Shown: positions 16,792 to 25,864, counted from the stretch's first letter. The stretch: 39,502 nt of DNA from Patescibacteria group bacterium (GCA_034659355.1 JAYEHC010000045.1:1-39502), one strand, 5' to 3'. Notes: generated from the sequence alone by a model not told the origin. A program made the numbers and translations.

Positions 16792-16977
16792 ATGACAAGA
16801 ATAGCATTAGTAGCGAAAGCGCAAAAAAAACCAAAATTCTCAACTCGTATTATTAGAAGATGCTGGAAGTGTGGCAGAAAACACGGATATATGAGGCAGT
16901 TTGACTTGTGTCGGATTTGTTTTAGGGAATTAGCCGACAAAGGAGAGATACCCGGAATTAAAAGAGGAAGCTGGTAA
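16792..16977 (+). CDS. rpsN: 30S ribosomal protein S14 type Z (zinc-binding)
   Basis: 61 aa with the CWKCGRKHGYMRQFDLCRICFRE motif. Confidence 0.96.
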   Translation: MTRIALVAKAQKKPKFSTRIIRRCWKCGRKHGYMRQFDLCRICFRELADKGEIPGIKRGSW

Positions 16978-16989
16978 GCGCTAAGAAGA

Positions 16990-17075
16990 GTCGAAAGTTC
17001 ATAAAGTCAAAAGCAGAACTTTATAACTTTTAGCAGAACTTTCAACTTAATAACTTTATAAACTTTTAACTAACC
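16990..17075. repeat. inverted pair of the GTTGAAAGTTTATAAAG-type module
   Basis: GTCGAAAGTTCATAAAGT on the left; AACTTTCAAC and AACTTTATAAAC on the right. Confidence 0.55.
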
Positions 17076-17077
17076 TT

Positions 17078-17467
17078 ATGACTGATCCAATAGCAGATAT
17101 GTTAACAAGAATAAGAAACGCGCAAATGGCTAATCACGCAAGCGTGAAAATGCCGTCGTCTAAGTTTAAGATTGCGCTGGCAAAAGTCCTAAAAAAAGAG
17201 GGCTATCTTGATAAAATTATTCAGCATAAAAAAGGGGTAAAGATAATTCTGGAAATTGTTTTGAAAAAGGATAAAAACCGGTATGCGATATCTGGAATTA
17301 AAAAAATAAGCAAGCCAGGGCAAAGAGTTTATATTAAAAAAGACAAGGTCTCAAAAGTTTTGAATGGCTGTGGAATTTCTGTGATTTCAACCTCAAAAGG
17401 CGTTATGACGAACACAGAAGCAAAAAGAAACAATCTCGGCGGAGAGATTATTTGCGAGATCTGGTAA
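17078..17467 (+). CDS. rpsH: 30S ribosomal protein S8
   Basis: MTDPIADMLTRIRNA... matches S8. Confidence 0.97.
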   Translation: MTDPIADMLTRIRNAQMANHASVKMPSSKFKIALAKVLKKEGYLDKIIQHKKGVKIILEIVLKKDKNRYAISGIKKISKPGQRVYIKKDKVSKVLNGCGISVISTSKGVMTNTEAKRNNLGGEIICEIW

Positions 17468-17501
17468 ATAGCATATAAACATTTAAACATATAAACAAGT
17501 T

Positions 17502-17533
17502 GTTTAAATGTTTAAATGTTTAAATGTTTAAAT
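17502..17533 (+). repeat. octanucleotide tandem repeat (GTTTAAAT) x4
   Basis: Read directly in the rpsH-rplF spacer. Forms a palindrome with the upstream ATTTAAAC units. Confidence 0.85.
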
Positions 17534-17539
17534 TAGCTT

Positions 17540-18085
17540 ATGAGTAAGATAGGAAAAAAACCGATAGATATACCAGCTGGAATTACAGTTTCTGCTGATA
17601 ATAATAATCTTGTTGTTAAGGGGTCAAAAGGCGAGTTAGCTGTTGTTATTGATTCTATTATTAAGATTGATCTCAAAGATAATCAAGTGATTTTGTCTCC
17701 AAAAAAAGAAGTCAAAAAGGCAAACGCTCTTTGGGGTCTTTCAAGGAGTTTGGTTGCAAATATGATTTATGGCGTTGAAAAAGGATATGAAAAAGAGCTA
17801 GAATTGCAGGGTGTTGGCTATAAAGTGACGAAAAAAGGAAATGATTTGGAATTGAATTTGGGCTTTTCGCACCCAGTCAATTTTAAAGCACCGGAAGGAA
17901 TAGAATTTAAGGTTGAAAAAAACAAAATTGCTATTTTAGGAATAGACAAACAATTGGTCGGGCAAGTGACAGCGAATATAAGAAGTTTAAAAAAACCTGA
18001 GCCCTACAAAGGTAAAGGAATAAGATATGTTGGAGAACAAATAAGAAGAAAAGTTGGAAAGAAAGTGGCGGGAACCGGAGAATAA
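17540..18085 (+). CDS. rplF: 50S ribosomal protein L6
   Basis: MSKIGKKPIDIP.G..V...GVGYK...PEPYKGKGIRY matches L6. Confidence 0.97.
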   Translation: MSKIGKKPIDIPAGITVSADNNNLVVKGSKGELAVVIDSIIKIDLKDNQVILSPKKEVKKANALWGLSRSLVANMIYGVEKGYEKELELQGVGYKVTKKGNDLELNLGFSHPVNFKAPEGIEFKVEKNKIAILGIDKQLVGQVTANIRSLKKPEPYKGKGIRYVGEQIRRKVGKKVAGTGE

Positions 18086-18130
18086 AAACACATCCCTAAC
18101 TCTTTTCAAGAGGGGGAGTAATTATTGAAT

Positions 18131-18487
18131 ATGAAAAACATAGAAAAGAAAAAGAGAGAGAATAAAGTAAAAAGGCACAAAAAAATTCGCGCCAAAGTTT
18201 TTGGGAACGCGAAAATTCCACGGTTGAATTTATACAGAAGCAATAAAAGTTTGTTTATTCAGTTGATTGATGATGAAAAAGATGTTACTTTAGCGAGTGT
18301 TAACGGTAAAGAGGTTAAATCAGGAAAAACTAAGACAGAAAAAGCGAAAGAAGCCGGAAAGTTGATTGCCGAGAAAGCGAAAAAGGTGGGCATTAAAAAA
18401 GTTATTTTTGACCGTGGCGGTTTTCAATATCACGGACGCGTCAAAGCGGTCGCCGACGGGGCAAGAGAAGGCGGATTGGAGTTTTAA
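18131..18487 (+). CDS. rplR: 50S ribosomal protein L18
   Basis: [19 protein letters not shown]...[29 protein letters not shown] 18131 is preferred over the TTG at 18125. Confidence 0.95.
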   Translation: MKNIEKKKRENKVKRHKKIRAKVFGNAKIPRLNLYRSNKSLFIQLIDDEKDVTLASVNGKEVKSGKTKTEKAKEAGKLIAEKAKKVGIKKVIFDRGGFQYHGRVKAVADGAREGGLEF

Positions 18488-18516
18488 AATAATTTTAAAT
18501 TACGAAATATCATCTT

Positions 18517-18593
18517 TGGAGTTCAGGATTTATCCTGTAAAACCGCAGAAAATAGAAATGCCTATTTTCTTACAGGTTAAAACCTGAACTCCA
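18517..18593. repeat. family E hairpin repeat (77 bp)
   Basis: TGGAGTTCAGGATTTATCCTGTAA...TTACAGGTTAAAACCTGAACTCCA, between rplR and rpsE. Confidence 0.8.
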
Positions 18594-18656
18594 GCAGATT
18601 TTTCAGCTTAAAAGTATTTTATTGAATGAATTTTACTTTAGTTATAATAATAAAAA

Positions 18657-19262
18657 ATGTCAAAACAAGAAAGACCAAAGAGAAATAATCGCAGATTTAA
18701 AAAAGAAAAACCTGAATTTGCTCAGAAGGTTATTGATATCGCGCGTGTCACGCGTGTTGTTAAAGGCGGGAAAAGATTTAGTTTTAGAACTGCTGTTGTG
18801 ATTGGCGATAAAAAAGGAAAAGTCGGTGTGGGAGTGGCAAAGGGTCCGGATATGAGAGTGGCGACTGAAAAGGCGTATGCTGACGCAAAGAAAAATATGA
18901 TTGTTATCAGTTTCAAAGGAAGTACAATTCCCTATTCTGTTTATCAAAAACTTGGCAGCGCGAAAGTTCTTCTAAAACCTGCCACAAAAGGACACGGAAT
19001 TGTTGCCGGAGGAGCGGTGAGAGTTGTAATGAGTTTTGCCGGAATTAGCGATGTTTCCAGTAAAATGCTTGGAGCTAAAAATAAATTAAACAACGCCCGC
19101 GCGACAATTTTAGCGTTGGAACAATTTAAGGTAAAGAAAACAAGAGAGAGGATCTTGGAAGAAAAGGAAGCGGAGAAAGTTAGGAAAGCGGAAGAGAATA
19201 AAGTTGAAGAGAAAGCGGAAGAGAAGAAAGTCAAGAAGACGAAAGATAAAGAACAGAATTAG
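18657..19262 (+). CDS. rpsE: 30S ribosomal protein S5 with Lys/Glu-rich C-terminal extension
   Basis: VTRVVKGGKRFSFRTAVVIGD.KGKVGVG.AK matches S5. Confidence 0.96.
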   Translation: MSKQERPKRNNRRFKKEKPEFAQKVIDIARVTRVVKGGKRFSFRTAVVIGDKKGKVGVGVAKGPDMRVATEKAYADAKKNMIVISFKGSTIPYSVYQKLGSAKVLLKPATKGHGIVAGGAVRVVMSFAGISDVSSKMLGAKNKLNNARATILALEQFKVKKTRERILEEKEAEKVRKAEENKVEEKAEEKKVKKTKDKEQN

Positions 19263-19303
19263 CATTTATTTAATTGCCAGTATAAAAATATTAAAATAAT
19301 TCT

Positions 19304-19735
19304 ATGCAATTACATCAGTTAAAACCAACGAAGAAAAAGAAAAAGAAGGTAGTCGGGCGTGGCGGGTGTCATGGGACTTATTCTACGCGCGGATTGAAAG
19401 GACAGAAATCAAGATCCGGGGGCGGAAAAGGTAGAAGTTTTACCGGAGACAAAACGCCTTTGTTTAGAAGAACTCCAAAACTGAGAGGGTTTAAAAGTTT
19501 ATACGCTAAAAATAATATAGTCAGCGTTTCCAGGCTGGAAAGCGGTTTTGAGGGCGGTGAAATTATCAATCCAAGAATGCTATTAAAAAAAGGTTTGATC
19601 AGTAAAATAAAACCAAGAGTTAAAATTCTTGGCAACGGAGAATTGACTAAGAAATTCATTATTGAAAATTGTCTGGTTTCCAAAAGTGCGGAAGAGAAGA
19701 TTAAGAAGGCGGGAGGGGAAATTATAATCAAATAA
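19304..19735 (+). CDS. rplO: 50S ribosomal protein L15
   Basis: MQLHQLKP....VGRG...G.T..RG.KGQK.RSG matches L15. It directly follows rpsE with no L30 gene between them. Confidence 0.95.
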   Translation: MQLHQLKPTKKKKKKVVGRGGCHGTYSTRGLKGQKSRSGGGKGRSFTGDKTPLFRRTPKLRGFKSLYAKNNIVSVSRLESGFEGGEIINPRMLLKKGLISKIKPRVKILGNGELTKKFIIENCLVSKSAEEKIKKAGGEIIIK

Positions 19736-19757
19736 TTAATTTTGTTAAACAAAAAAT

Positions 19758-20093
19758 ATGAAAGAAGTTCAATCAATAAATGAGAACCCTGCTGAGTTGT
19801 TTGTAGGAATAGATAATCTAAGAAAGTGTCATTTTAAAAATGAAGATCAAGAAAGAGCGGTTTTTTTGAACGCAATTAAAGAAAATACAGAAGTTGGTAG
19901 TCTTGTAGAAGATAGTTTTTTAATAGCTCCGCAAAATAATCCGGAGGAAGGTGCGTATTTTCTGCAGTATGGTCAAGAAAACGACGTTACATATAGTGTT
20001 GAAGAGATAGAAACATTGGCTGATTTTGGAAGCGCTAAAGGATTGTTTGAGAAATACAGAAAGGAAGTAGACGAAATATTAGAAAGAGAATAG
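19758..20093 (+). CDS. hypothetical acidic protein
   Basis: 111-aa ORF between rplO and secY. No motif recognised. Confidence 0.4.
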   Translation: MKEVQSINENPAELFVGIDNLRKCHFKNEDQERAVFLNAIKENTEVGSLVEDSFLIAPQNNPEEGAYFLQYGQENDVTYSVEEIETLADFGSAKGLFEKYRKEVDEILERE

Positions 20094-20170
20094 GAACATA
20101 ATAGAGCGGTTTTGTTTTAATTACTTCTTCAAATATCTATTGCGCATATATAATATAACAATTTAGTTCC

Positions 20171-21442
20171 ATGCTTAAAAAATTAATCCGTGTCTTTAAA
20201 GACAAGGAATTAAGAAATAAAATAATCTTTGTGGCGGCGTTGCTGGTTGTTTTTAGAATTGCGGCGCATATTCCGGTTCCGATCGTTGATTCCGAAAGAC
20301 TGAAAGATTTTTTTCAAGGCAATCAACTGCTGGGAATGTTAAGTATGTTCACGGGAGGAGGAATGGAAAAGTTTTCCATAGTTTTGCTGGGAATCGGTCC
20401 GTATATTACCGCTTCAATTATAATGCAATTGCTGACAATGATTTTTCCGAAAATCAAAGAAATGTATCAAGAGTCGGGAGAACAAGGCAGGCAGAAGTTT
20501 AATCAATATACGAGAATTGCCACAGTTCCGCTTGCCGTGTTGCAAAGTTTTGGAATGATCACTTTGCTTAAAAGTCAGGGGATTATTGTCACTGCCGATA
20601 AATTTGATTTGGCGGTTGCCATTTCCATAATCACGGCTGGAACGATATTTTTAATGTGGTTGGGAGAGCTTATGTCTGAAAAGAAAATAGGCAATGGAAT
20701 TTCGCTGATTATTTTCGCTGGAATTGTTGCCGGTTTACCGACGACGATACAACAAACTCTTTCAACGATGACCTCGGATAAAATTCCTTCTATTATTGGT
20801 TTGCTGATTATGTCTTTAGTCGTGGTTGTCGCGGTGGTTGTTATCACGGAAGCGCAGAGAAATATACCTGTTTCTTACGCAAGGCGGGTCAGAGGCGGCA
20901 AAACGACTGGTGGTGTTTCAACATTCTTACCTTTAAGAGTGAATTCTGCGGGAATGATACCGCTTATTTTTGCGATGTCTATTATGCTTTTTCCGGGAAT
21001 TGTGGCTTCGTTTCTTGTACAAAATCCAAACGAAACTATTGCCGGCGTCGCGACATTTATAAATAATCTTTTTCAAGACCAGTTATTTTATGGTATTTTG
21101 TATTTTATAACAGTGTTTTTGTTCACTTATTTTTATACCTCAATAGTGTTTGACCCGAAGAATGTCGCGGAAAACTTGCAGAAGCACGGTGGGTTTGTGC
21201 CCGGTATCAGACCGGGAACAAACACAGCTGAATTTCTGGGGAGGGTTTTAAACAGAATAACTTTTCTTGGCGCTACTTTTCTTGGCTTGATTGCTGTTCT
21301 TCCTTTTATCGGGCAAGCGATGACCAATGTAACCACAATGGCAATCGGCGGCGCGGCTGTTTTGATTGTTGTCGGAGTTGTTCTTGATGTCATCAGACAG
21401 ATTGATTCGCAATTGACAATGAGGGATTATGATGATATGTAA
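20171..21442 (+). CDS. secY: preprotein translocase subunit SecY
   Basis: 423 aa, polytopic, in the conserved position. Contains the LGIGPYITASII motif. Confidence 0.97.
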   Translation: MLKKLIRVFKDKELRNKIIFVAALLVVFRIAAHIPVPIVDSERLKDFFQGNQLLGMLSMFTGGGMEKFSIVLLGIGPYITASIIMQLLTMIFPKIKEMYQESGEQGRQKFNQYTRIATVPLAVLQSFGMITLLKSQGIIVTADKFDLAVAISIITAGTIFLMWLGELMSEKKIGNGISLIIFAGIVAGLPTTIQQTLSTMTSDKIPSIIGLLIMSLVVVVAVVVITEAQRNIPVSYARRVRGGKTTGGVSTFLPLRVNSAGMIPLIFAMSIMLFPGIVASFLVQNPNETIAGVATFINNLFQDQLFYGILYFITVFLFTYFYTSIVFDPKNVAENLQKHGGFVPGIRPGTNTAEFLGRVLNRITFLGATFLGLIAVLPFIGQAMTNVTTMAIGGAAVLIVVGVVLDVIRQIDSQLTMRDYDDM

Positions 21443-21479
21443 AAATTCTCCCTTTGGAAAAGGGGGTTAGGGGGATTTT

Positions 21480-21537
21480 TGGAGTTCAGGTTTTAACCTG
21501 TAAGATTCTATCAACAGCCTGAATTTATTTCAGGTTT
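21480..21537. repeat. family E hairpin repeat, degenerate
   Basis: TGGAGTTCAGGTTTTAACCTGTAAG... downstream of secY. Confidence 0.65.
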
Positions 21538-21559
21538 TGTTTTAAAAAGATGTCCTTTT

Positions 21560-21727
21560 GTCATTCCCGCGGAGGCGGGAATCCATATGAAGTTTCATCA
21601 ATCGTTATTTTTGAATAAACTTATTGCAAACAAATCAGCGATAGTATTAAGCGATATTTCAACCATTATAGCGATATTTTAAAAACTGAAGATATTGCGT
21701 CTGGATTCCTGCCTCTGCAGGAATGAC
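21560..21727. repeat. family A MITE-like unit (168 bp) at the left end of the larger element
   Basis: A left hairpin end plus a diverged right hairpin end. Confidence 0.7.
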
Positions 21728-21766
21728 AGAATAGAATAAACACATAAGTCCTAAATATAAAAAATT

Positions 21767-22699
21767 ATGCTGTATAAAATAAATAAAGAAAATCTAAACG
21801 CTATTAAAGAAAAAAGTATTTTAGAAAAAGACATTGAGAAACTTGTTGGGAGAAATCTTGATTGTCTGATGGGATTAAAATTTGTTTATTTTCAATTTCC
21901 AGTTGATAATAAATATATTGATATTCTTGCGTTTGATGAAGAAGTAAATGCTCCAGTTTTGATTGAACTTAAAAAAGAAAATGATAAAGGGCTTTTTGAT
22001 CAGGGAATGGAATATTTTAATCTTTTATCAACTAGAAAAGAATGCTTTCTTATTAAGCTCTGCGAGGTTTTAATAAAAATACCCGCAAAGCTTTCAGCTG
22101 TTGACTGGTCATCTTCGCGGGTTATTTTTATTGGCAAGAATTTTACAGAAAGACAAAGGAGAGCAGTTGATTTTCGCGGATTGCCTATTGAACTTTGGGA
22201 TTACGATTGGTACGAGGGTGATTATTTTAAATTAGAACAAATTGGCTTAGAAAAAAGAGCTAGTTTGGATATAAAAGAAATTAAGGGAAATTCTATTTCA
22301 AAAATTGAAAAAGAATTTAAAGAGCACACAGAAGATGAATATAAAAACAAAACGAGTGAAAAAGCTTGGGAAATTTTTAAAAATATTAAAGAAGAGCTTT
22401 TAAAGTGGAACAGAGTTAGAATGAATATGACAAACAATTATATTAGTTTTACTTATAGAAATTGTGCACTTTCTTATATTTATTTTAAAAAAGATAAATT
22501 AAAAATTCGTTTTGGAAAAGAAGAATACAAGTTAAACATAGCTGACAATTTGAAAGTAAAAAATGTTAGAATTAAAAATGAGCGTCCTAAATTCTCCGCG
22601 CATTATGAAATTACAGTGGAAGATTCTAATAATTTATTGGAGTTTATTTTTATTGTTAAGCAGATATATAAAAAGATTGACGAAGAATATTTAAAATAG
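21767..22699 (+). CDS. PD-(D/E)xK (NucS/DUF91-like) nuclease-fold protein with uncharacterised C-terminal domain
   Basis: N-terminal pattern YIDILAFDEE-x7-LIELKK fits a D...E-x-K restriction-endonuclease-like core. The rest is unassigned. Confidence 0.5.
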   Translation: MLYKINKENLNAIKEKSILEKDIEKLVGRNLDCLMGLKFVYFQFPVDNKYIDILAFDEEVNAPVLIELKKENDKGLFDQGMEYFNLLSTRKECFLIKLCEVLIKIPAKLSAVDWSSSRVIFIGKNFTERQRRAVDFRGLPIELWDYDWYEGDYFKLEQIGLEKRASLDIKEIKGNSISKIEKEFKEHTEDEYKNKTSEKAWEIFKNIKEELLKWNRVRMNMTNNYISFTYRNCALSYIYFKKDKLKIRFGKEEYKLNIADNLKVKNVRIKNERPKFSAHYEITVEDSNNLLEFIFIVKQIYKKIDEEYLK

Positions 22700-22817
22700 T
22701 CATAACAAGATTTTTTATTTTTTCTAAAACAATTATTTTTTAAATAGAGTTTTACCTGATTTAATGGATTCCCGCCTCCGCGGGAATGACAACGATATTA
22801 CTTTTTCATAAACAAAA

Positions 22818-23393
22818 ATGAAATCCAAAAACAAACTATTCATAATCTCCGGACCGTCGGGGGCGGGAGAAGATAGCATTATTGAGGGACTGAAAAAGTT
22901 TCTTCCGATTGAGAGAGTGATAACGACAACGACGAGAAAAAAGCGTTCGGATGTTTTTTTGGAAGATCCTTATTATTTTATTTCCCAAGAAGAGTTTGAA
23001 AAAGGAATTACTGAGAATAGATTTCTTGAATACGCGCAGGAATATAATAATCAGTTTTATGGCGTTACTGAAAAAGAAATCCGGAGAGTTATTAAAAGCG
23101 GTAGAATAGGAATTTGGAAAATTGAATATAAGGGTGTGATAACGATGAAAAAATTAATGCCGGAAGTTGTCGCAATTTTTATTACCGTTTCCTCATTGAA
23201 AATTTTAAAGCAAAGGTTATTGCAACGCGGCGCGAGCGAGGAGTTTATCAAGGAGAGAATGGAATATACGAGAGAGTGGTTGAAGCATAAAGATATTTAC
23301 GATTATGAGGTTATAAATCACGAAGGAAAATTGGATGAGGCGATAGATAAGGTTAGAGGGATTATTTTAAAAGAAACGAACGAAAATTTATAG
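22818..23393 (+). CDS. gmk: guanylate kinase-like protein with non-canonical P-loop
   Basis: Guanylate kinase layout: ISGPSGAGEDSI, TTTTR, FLEYA..YNNQFYGV. The Walker A Lys-Ser is replaced by Glu-Asp. Confidence 0.75.
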   Translation: MKSKNKLFIISGPSGAGEDSIIEGLKKFLPIERVITTTTRKKRSDVFLEDPYYFISQEEFEKGITENRFLEYAQEYNNQFYGVTEKEIRRVIKSGRIGIWKIEYKGVITMKKLMPEVVAIFITVSSLKILKQRLLQRGASEEFIKERMEYTREWLKHKDIYDYEVINHEGKLDEAIDKVRGIILKETNENL

Positions 23394-23440
23394 AAACGCA
23401 TAGAAATTTATTGTTATGATACTTCGTGTATTTATACACT

Positions 23441-23609
23441 GTCATTCCCGCGGAGGCAGAAATCCATTATTACAATAAACTCAAACTATTTTCACAAATC
23501 TTAATCTTGAAATTAACTTCAACTAACCCGTGCGTGGATCCCAGATATTTTTTATATTGTAGGAAACAGGCAATGCCTGTTCTCTACAATAGAAAAAATT
23601 CTGGGATGA
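23441..23609. repeat. family A-related MITE with a nested palindrome in its right hairpin
   Basis: Left end GTCATTCCCGCGGAGGCAGAAATCCATT. The right end GGATCCCAGA[...]TTCTGGGATGAC is split by the ATTGTAGGAAACAGGCAATGCCTGTTCTCTACAAT palindrome. Confidence 0.75.
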
Positions 23610-23643
23610 CAAATTAAAAAATAAAAAAATAAAAAAATAAAAA

Positions 23644-24300
23644 ATGAAAAATATCAATATAATAATTATGGGACCGCAAGGTTCCGGGAAAGGGACGCAG
23701 GCGAGGATGTTGACGGAGAAATTTAATTTGCAGATTTTTGAAACGGGGAATATTTTGAGAAATTTAGCTAAGCAAGACACGGAAATTGGCAGAAAGATAA
23801 ACGAAATTATAAATATCAAAGGAGACATTGTTCCTTGGGATTTTATGAAAAAAGAAATACTGGGGCAGAAATTAGACGAGCTTGATAAAAATAAAGGAAT
23901 AATATTTGACGGTACTCCGCGGATAATGGAAGAAGCAGAATTTTGGGATGAAAAATTAAAAGAAACCGGAAGAAAAATTGATTATGCTTTTTATGTTGAT
24001 ATTTCAAAAGAGGAATCAATCAAGCGAATTTCCAGCAGAAAATTATGCAGAGAAAATGGACATCCCTTAATTGTCGGAAAAGATATTACTGAAGAAGATG
24101 AAAAGTGTCCGATTTGCGGAAGTGAAGTTTATAGAAGAGAAGATGATGTTCCGGAAAAAGTTTTAAATCGTTTGGAATGGAGCGAGAAATTATTAAGTCC
24201 CGTCATTGAATATTATGAAAATAAAAATATGTTAGTAAAAATAAATGGCGAACAAAGCGTAGAAGAAGTTTTTGGGGAGATTATGGGTTATGTGAAATAG
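23644..24300 (+). CDS. adk: adenylate kinase (zinc-lid type)
   Basis: IIIMGPQGSGKGTQA P-loop and a lid with C..NGH...CPICG. Confidence 0.95.
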   Translation: MKNINIIIMGPQGSGKGTQARMLTEKFNLQIFETGNILRNLAKQDTEIGRKINEIINIKGDIVPWDFMKKEILGQKLDELDKNKGIIFDGTPRIMEEAEFWDEKLKETGRKIDYAFYVDISKEESIKRISSRKLCRENGHPLIVGKDITEEDEKCPICGSEVYRREDDVPEKVLNRLEWSEKLLSPVIEYYENKNMLVKINGEQSVEEVFGEIMGYVK

Positions 24301-24316
24301 AATGCATAGACATATT

Positions 24317-24428
24317 GTCATTCCCGCGTAGGCGGGAATCCAATAAGTCAGAAAAATGTTATTCAAAAGATTAGCTTGTATAGAAATAGTAAATCGTAGT
24401 AGTGGATTCCCGCCTCCGCAGGAATGAC
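24317..24428. repeat. family A MITE/REPIN-like doublet (112 bp)
   Basis: The left end is identical to the left end of the GIY-YIG element over GTCATTCCCGCGTAGGCGGGAATCCA. The right end is GTGGATTCCCGCCTCCGCAGGAATGAC. Confidence 0.9.
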
Positions 24429-24606
24429 AGTAAAAAATATATGAATCCTCCGCGGGAACTGATTTGTAACCAGTTTCCAATATTTCTCAAGCAAATAAAA
24501 CTTGTAAGTCTTAAAAACAAAGGAAACGGGTTACAAACCCGTTCCCGCATTGCAAAGAAGAAACAAATGGTTCAAGTCAGAGACATTGAACCAACGATAG
24601 GAGTTT

Positions 24607-24691
24607 AGCTTGTTTTAACTAATCCTGCCCGGAAATCCCCCTAGCCCCCTTTTACAAAGGGGGAACAATTGGAGAAAATCAGCAGAGCTTA
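24607..24691. repeat. family D MITE, right half only
   Basis: AGCTTGTTTTAACTAATCCTGCCCGG...AAAATCAGCAGAGCTTA aligns with 25935-26021. Confidence 0.8.
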
Positions 24692-24701
24692 AATAAAATT
24701 T

Positions 24702-24950
24702 GTCATTCTGATCCGCCAGCTGGCGGATTCAGAATCTTCGTTATATTAGGTTTTAACTTATACTATTTTCATCATACTTTCGTCTACGACGCAAACACAA
24801 TTATCTTTCTATAATAATACAATTATTGCATTTTCAGCTTATTCAAAGGTTTAGTGATTTATAGGTTCGGTTAAATGTAAAAGAGAGTAGATTCTGAAAC
24901 AAGTTCAGAATGACAGGTTAGTTCAGAATAACAGGTTAGTTCAGAATGAC
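24702..24950. repeat. family C MITE with an altered left hairpin and a tandemly triplicated right end
   Basis: The left hairpin is GTCATTCTGATCCGCCAGCTGGCGGATTCAGAATC. The right end is GTTCAGAATGACAGGTTA in 2.7 copies (24903-24950). Confidence 0.85.
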
Positions 24951-25052
24951 AAGCTTTTTAGATAGATTAGAGTAGGAAGTTCTAAGATTTTGGGATGACA
25001 ATAGTGACAAGAAACAATAGTGTTTTTAATTTAAAGTTCTAACTACAAAACA

Positions 25053-25823
25053 ATGAGAAAAAAAATAAATCTAAAATCCAAATCAGAAATAAAGACGATG
25101 AGAGAAAGCGGAAAGATTCTCGCGCATATCTTAGAACTGCTGGCTTCAAAAGTTGAGCCGGGAATTTCAGGAGACGAGCTGGAGAAAATAGCGGAAAAAG
25201 AAGTTAAAAAATATGAAGTAATCCCGTCCTTTAAAAATTATGTAATAAGCAGGGATATAACGCCGTTTCCGTCTATAATTTGTCTTTCCATAAACGATGA
25301 AATTGTTCATGGTTTTCCGTTTGGAAAAATAATAAAAGAAGGAGATATTGTTAGCATTGACTCTGGCGTAAAATATGAAGGGTTCCATTCCGATAGCGCT
25401 ATTACGGTGGGAGCGGGAAAAATAAGCGAGAAAGCGCAGAAACTTCTTGAGGTAACAAAAGAATCTTTATTAAAAGGAATAGGAGAAGTAAAAGCGGGAA
25501 ACAGAATCGGCGATATTGGATTTGCTGTTCAAGAATATGCGGAGAAAAATGGATTTTCCGTTGTCAGGGATTTAGTTGGTCACGGAGTGGGCAGAGCGGT
25601 TCACGAATCTCCTGATATTCCAAATTATGGAAATAAAAACAGCGGGTTGAAATTATGTCAAGGAATGACTTTTGCGATAGAGCCGATGGTAAACGAAGGA
25701 GTGTATGATATTAAATGTTGCGATGACAATTGGACAATCAAAACCGCTGACGGAAAATTATCAGCGCACTTTGAACACACAGTGGCGGTAACAGAAAATG
25801 GGTGCGAGATTTTAACAAGGTAA
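25053..25823 (+). CDS. map: type I methionine aminopeptidase
   Basis: Metal-ligand motifs: D..V.G.HSDSA, HGVGRAVHE, FAIEPM, HFEHTV. Confidence 0.96.
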   Translation: MRKKINLKSKSEIKTMRESGKILAHILELLASKVEPGISGDELEKIAEKEVKKYEVIPSFKNYVISRDITPFPSIICLSINDEIVHGFPFGKIIKEGDIVSIDSGVKYEGFHSDSAITVGAGKISEKAQKLLEVTKESLLKGIGEVKAGNRIGDIGFAVQEYAEKNGFSVVRDLVGHGVGRAVHESPDIPNYGNKNSGLKLCQGMTFAIEPMVNEGVYDIKCCDDNWTIKTADGKLSAHFEHTVAVTENGCEILTR

Positions 25824-25864
25824 AAGTTAAAGTCTGAACTTCAGTGGATTTGAAGATTGCTATT

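Larger units (their letters stand above)
21560..22790. mobile_element. 1.23-kb element with identical 27-nt hairpin termini carrying the PD-(D/E)xK-like gene
   Basis: The left end GTCATTCCCGCGGAGGCGGGAATCCAT equals the reverse complement of 22764-22790 at 27/27 nt. The internal right-type end at 21703-21727 differs at 4 positions. Confidence 0.65.

Noticed and set aside
23617-23643. (AAAAAAAT)x3 tract immediately upstream of adk as a regulatory repeat.
   Set aside because: It is very short and compatible with AT-rich composition. Its position next to a MITE end makes a functional claim unsupported.
6418-24428. Possibility that the recurring GTCATTCC...GGAATGAC repeats form a CRISPR array.
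   Set aside because: The copies are inverted pairs, not direct repeats. They are scattered over many kb between genes with irregular spacing, and no cas genes are present.
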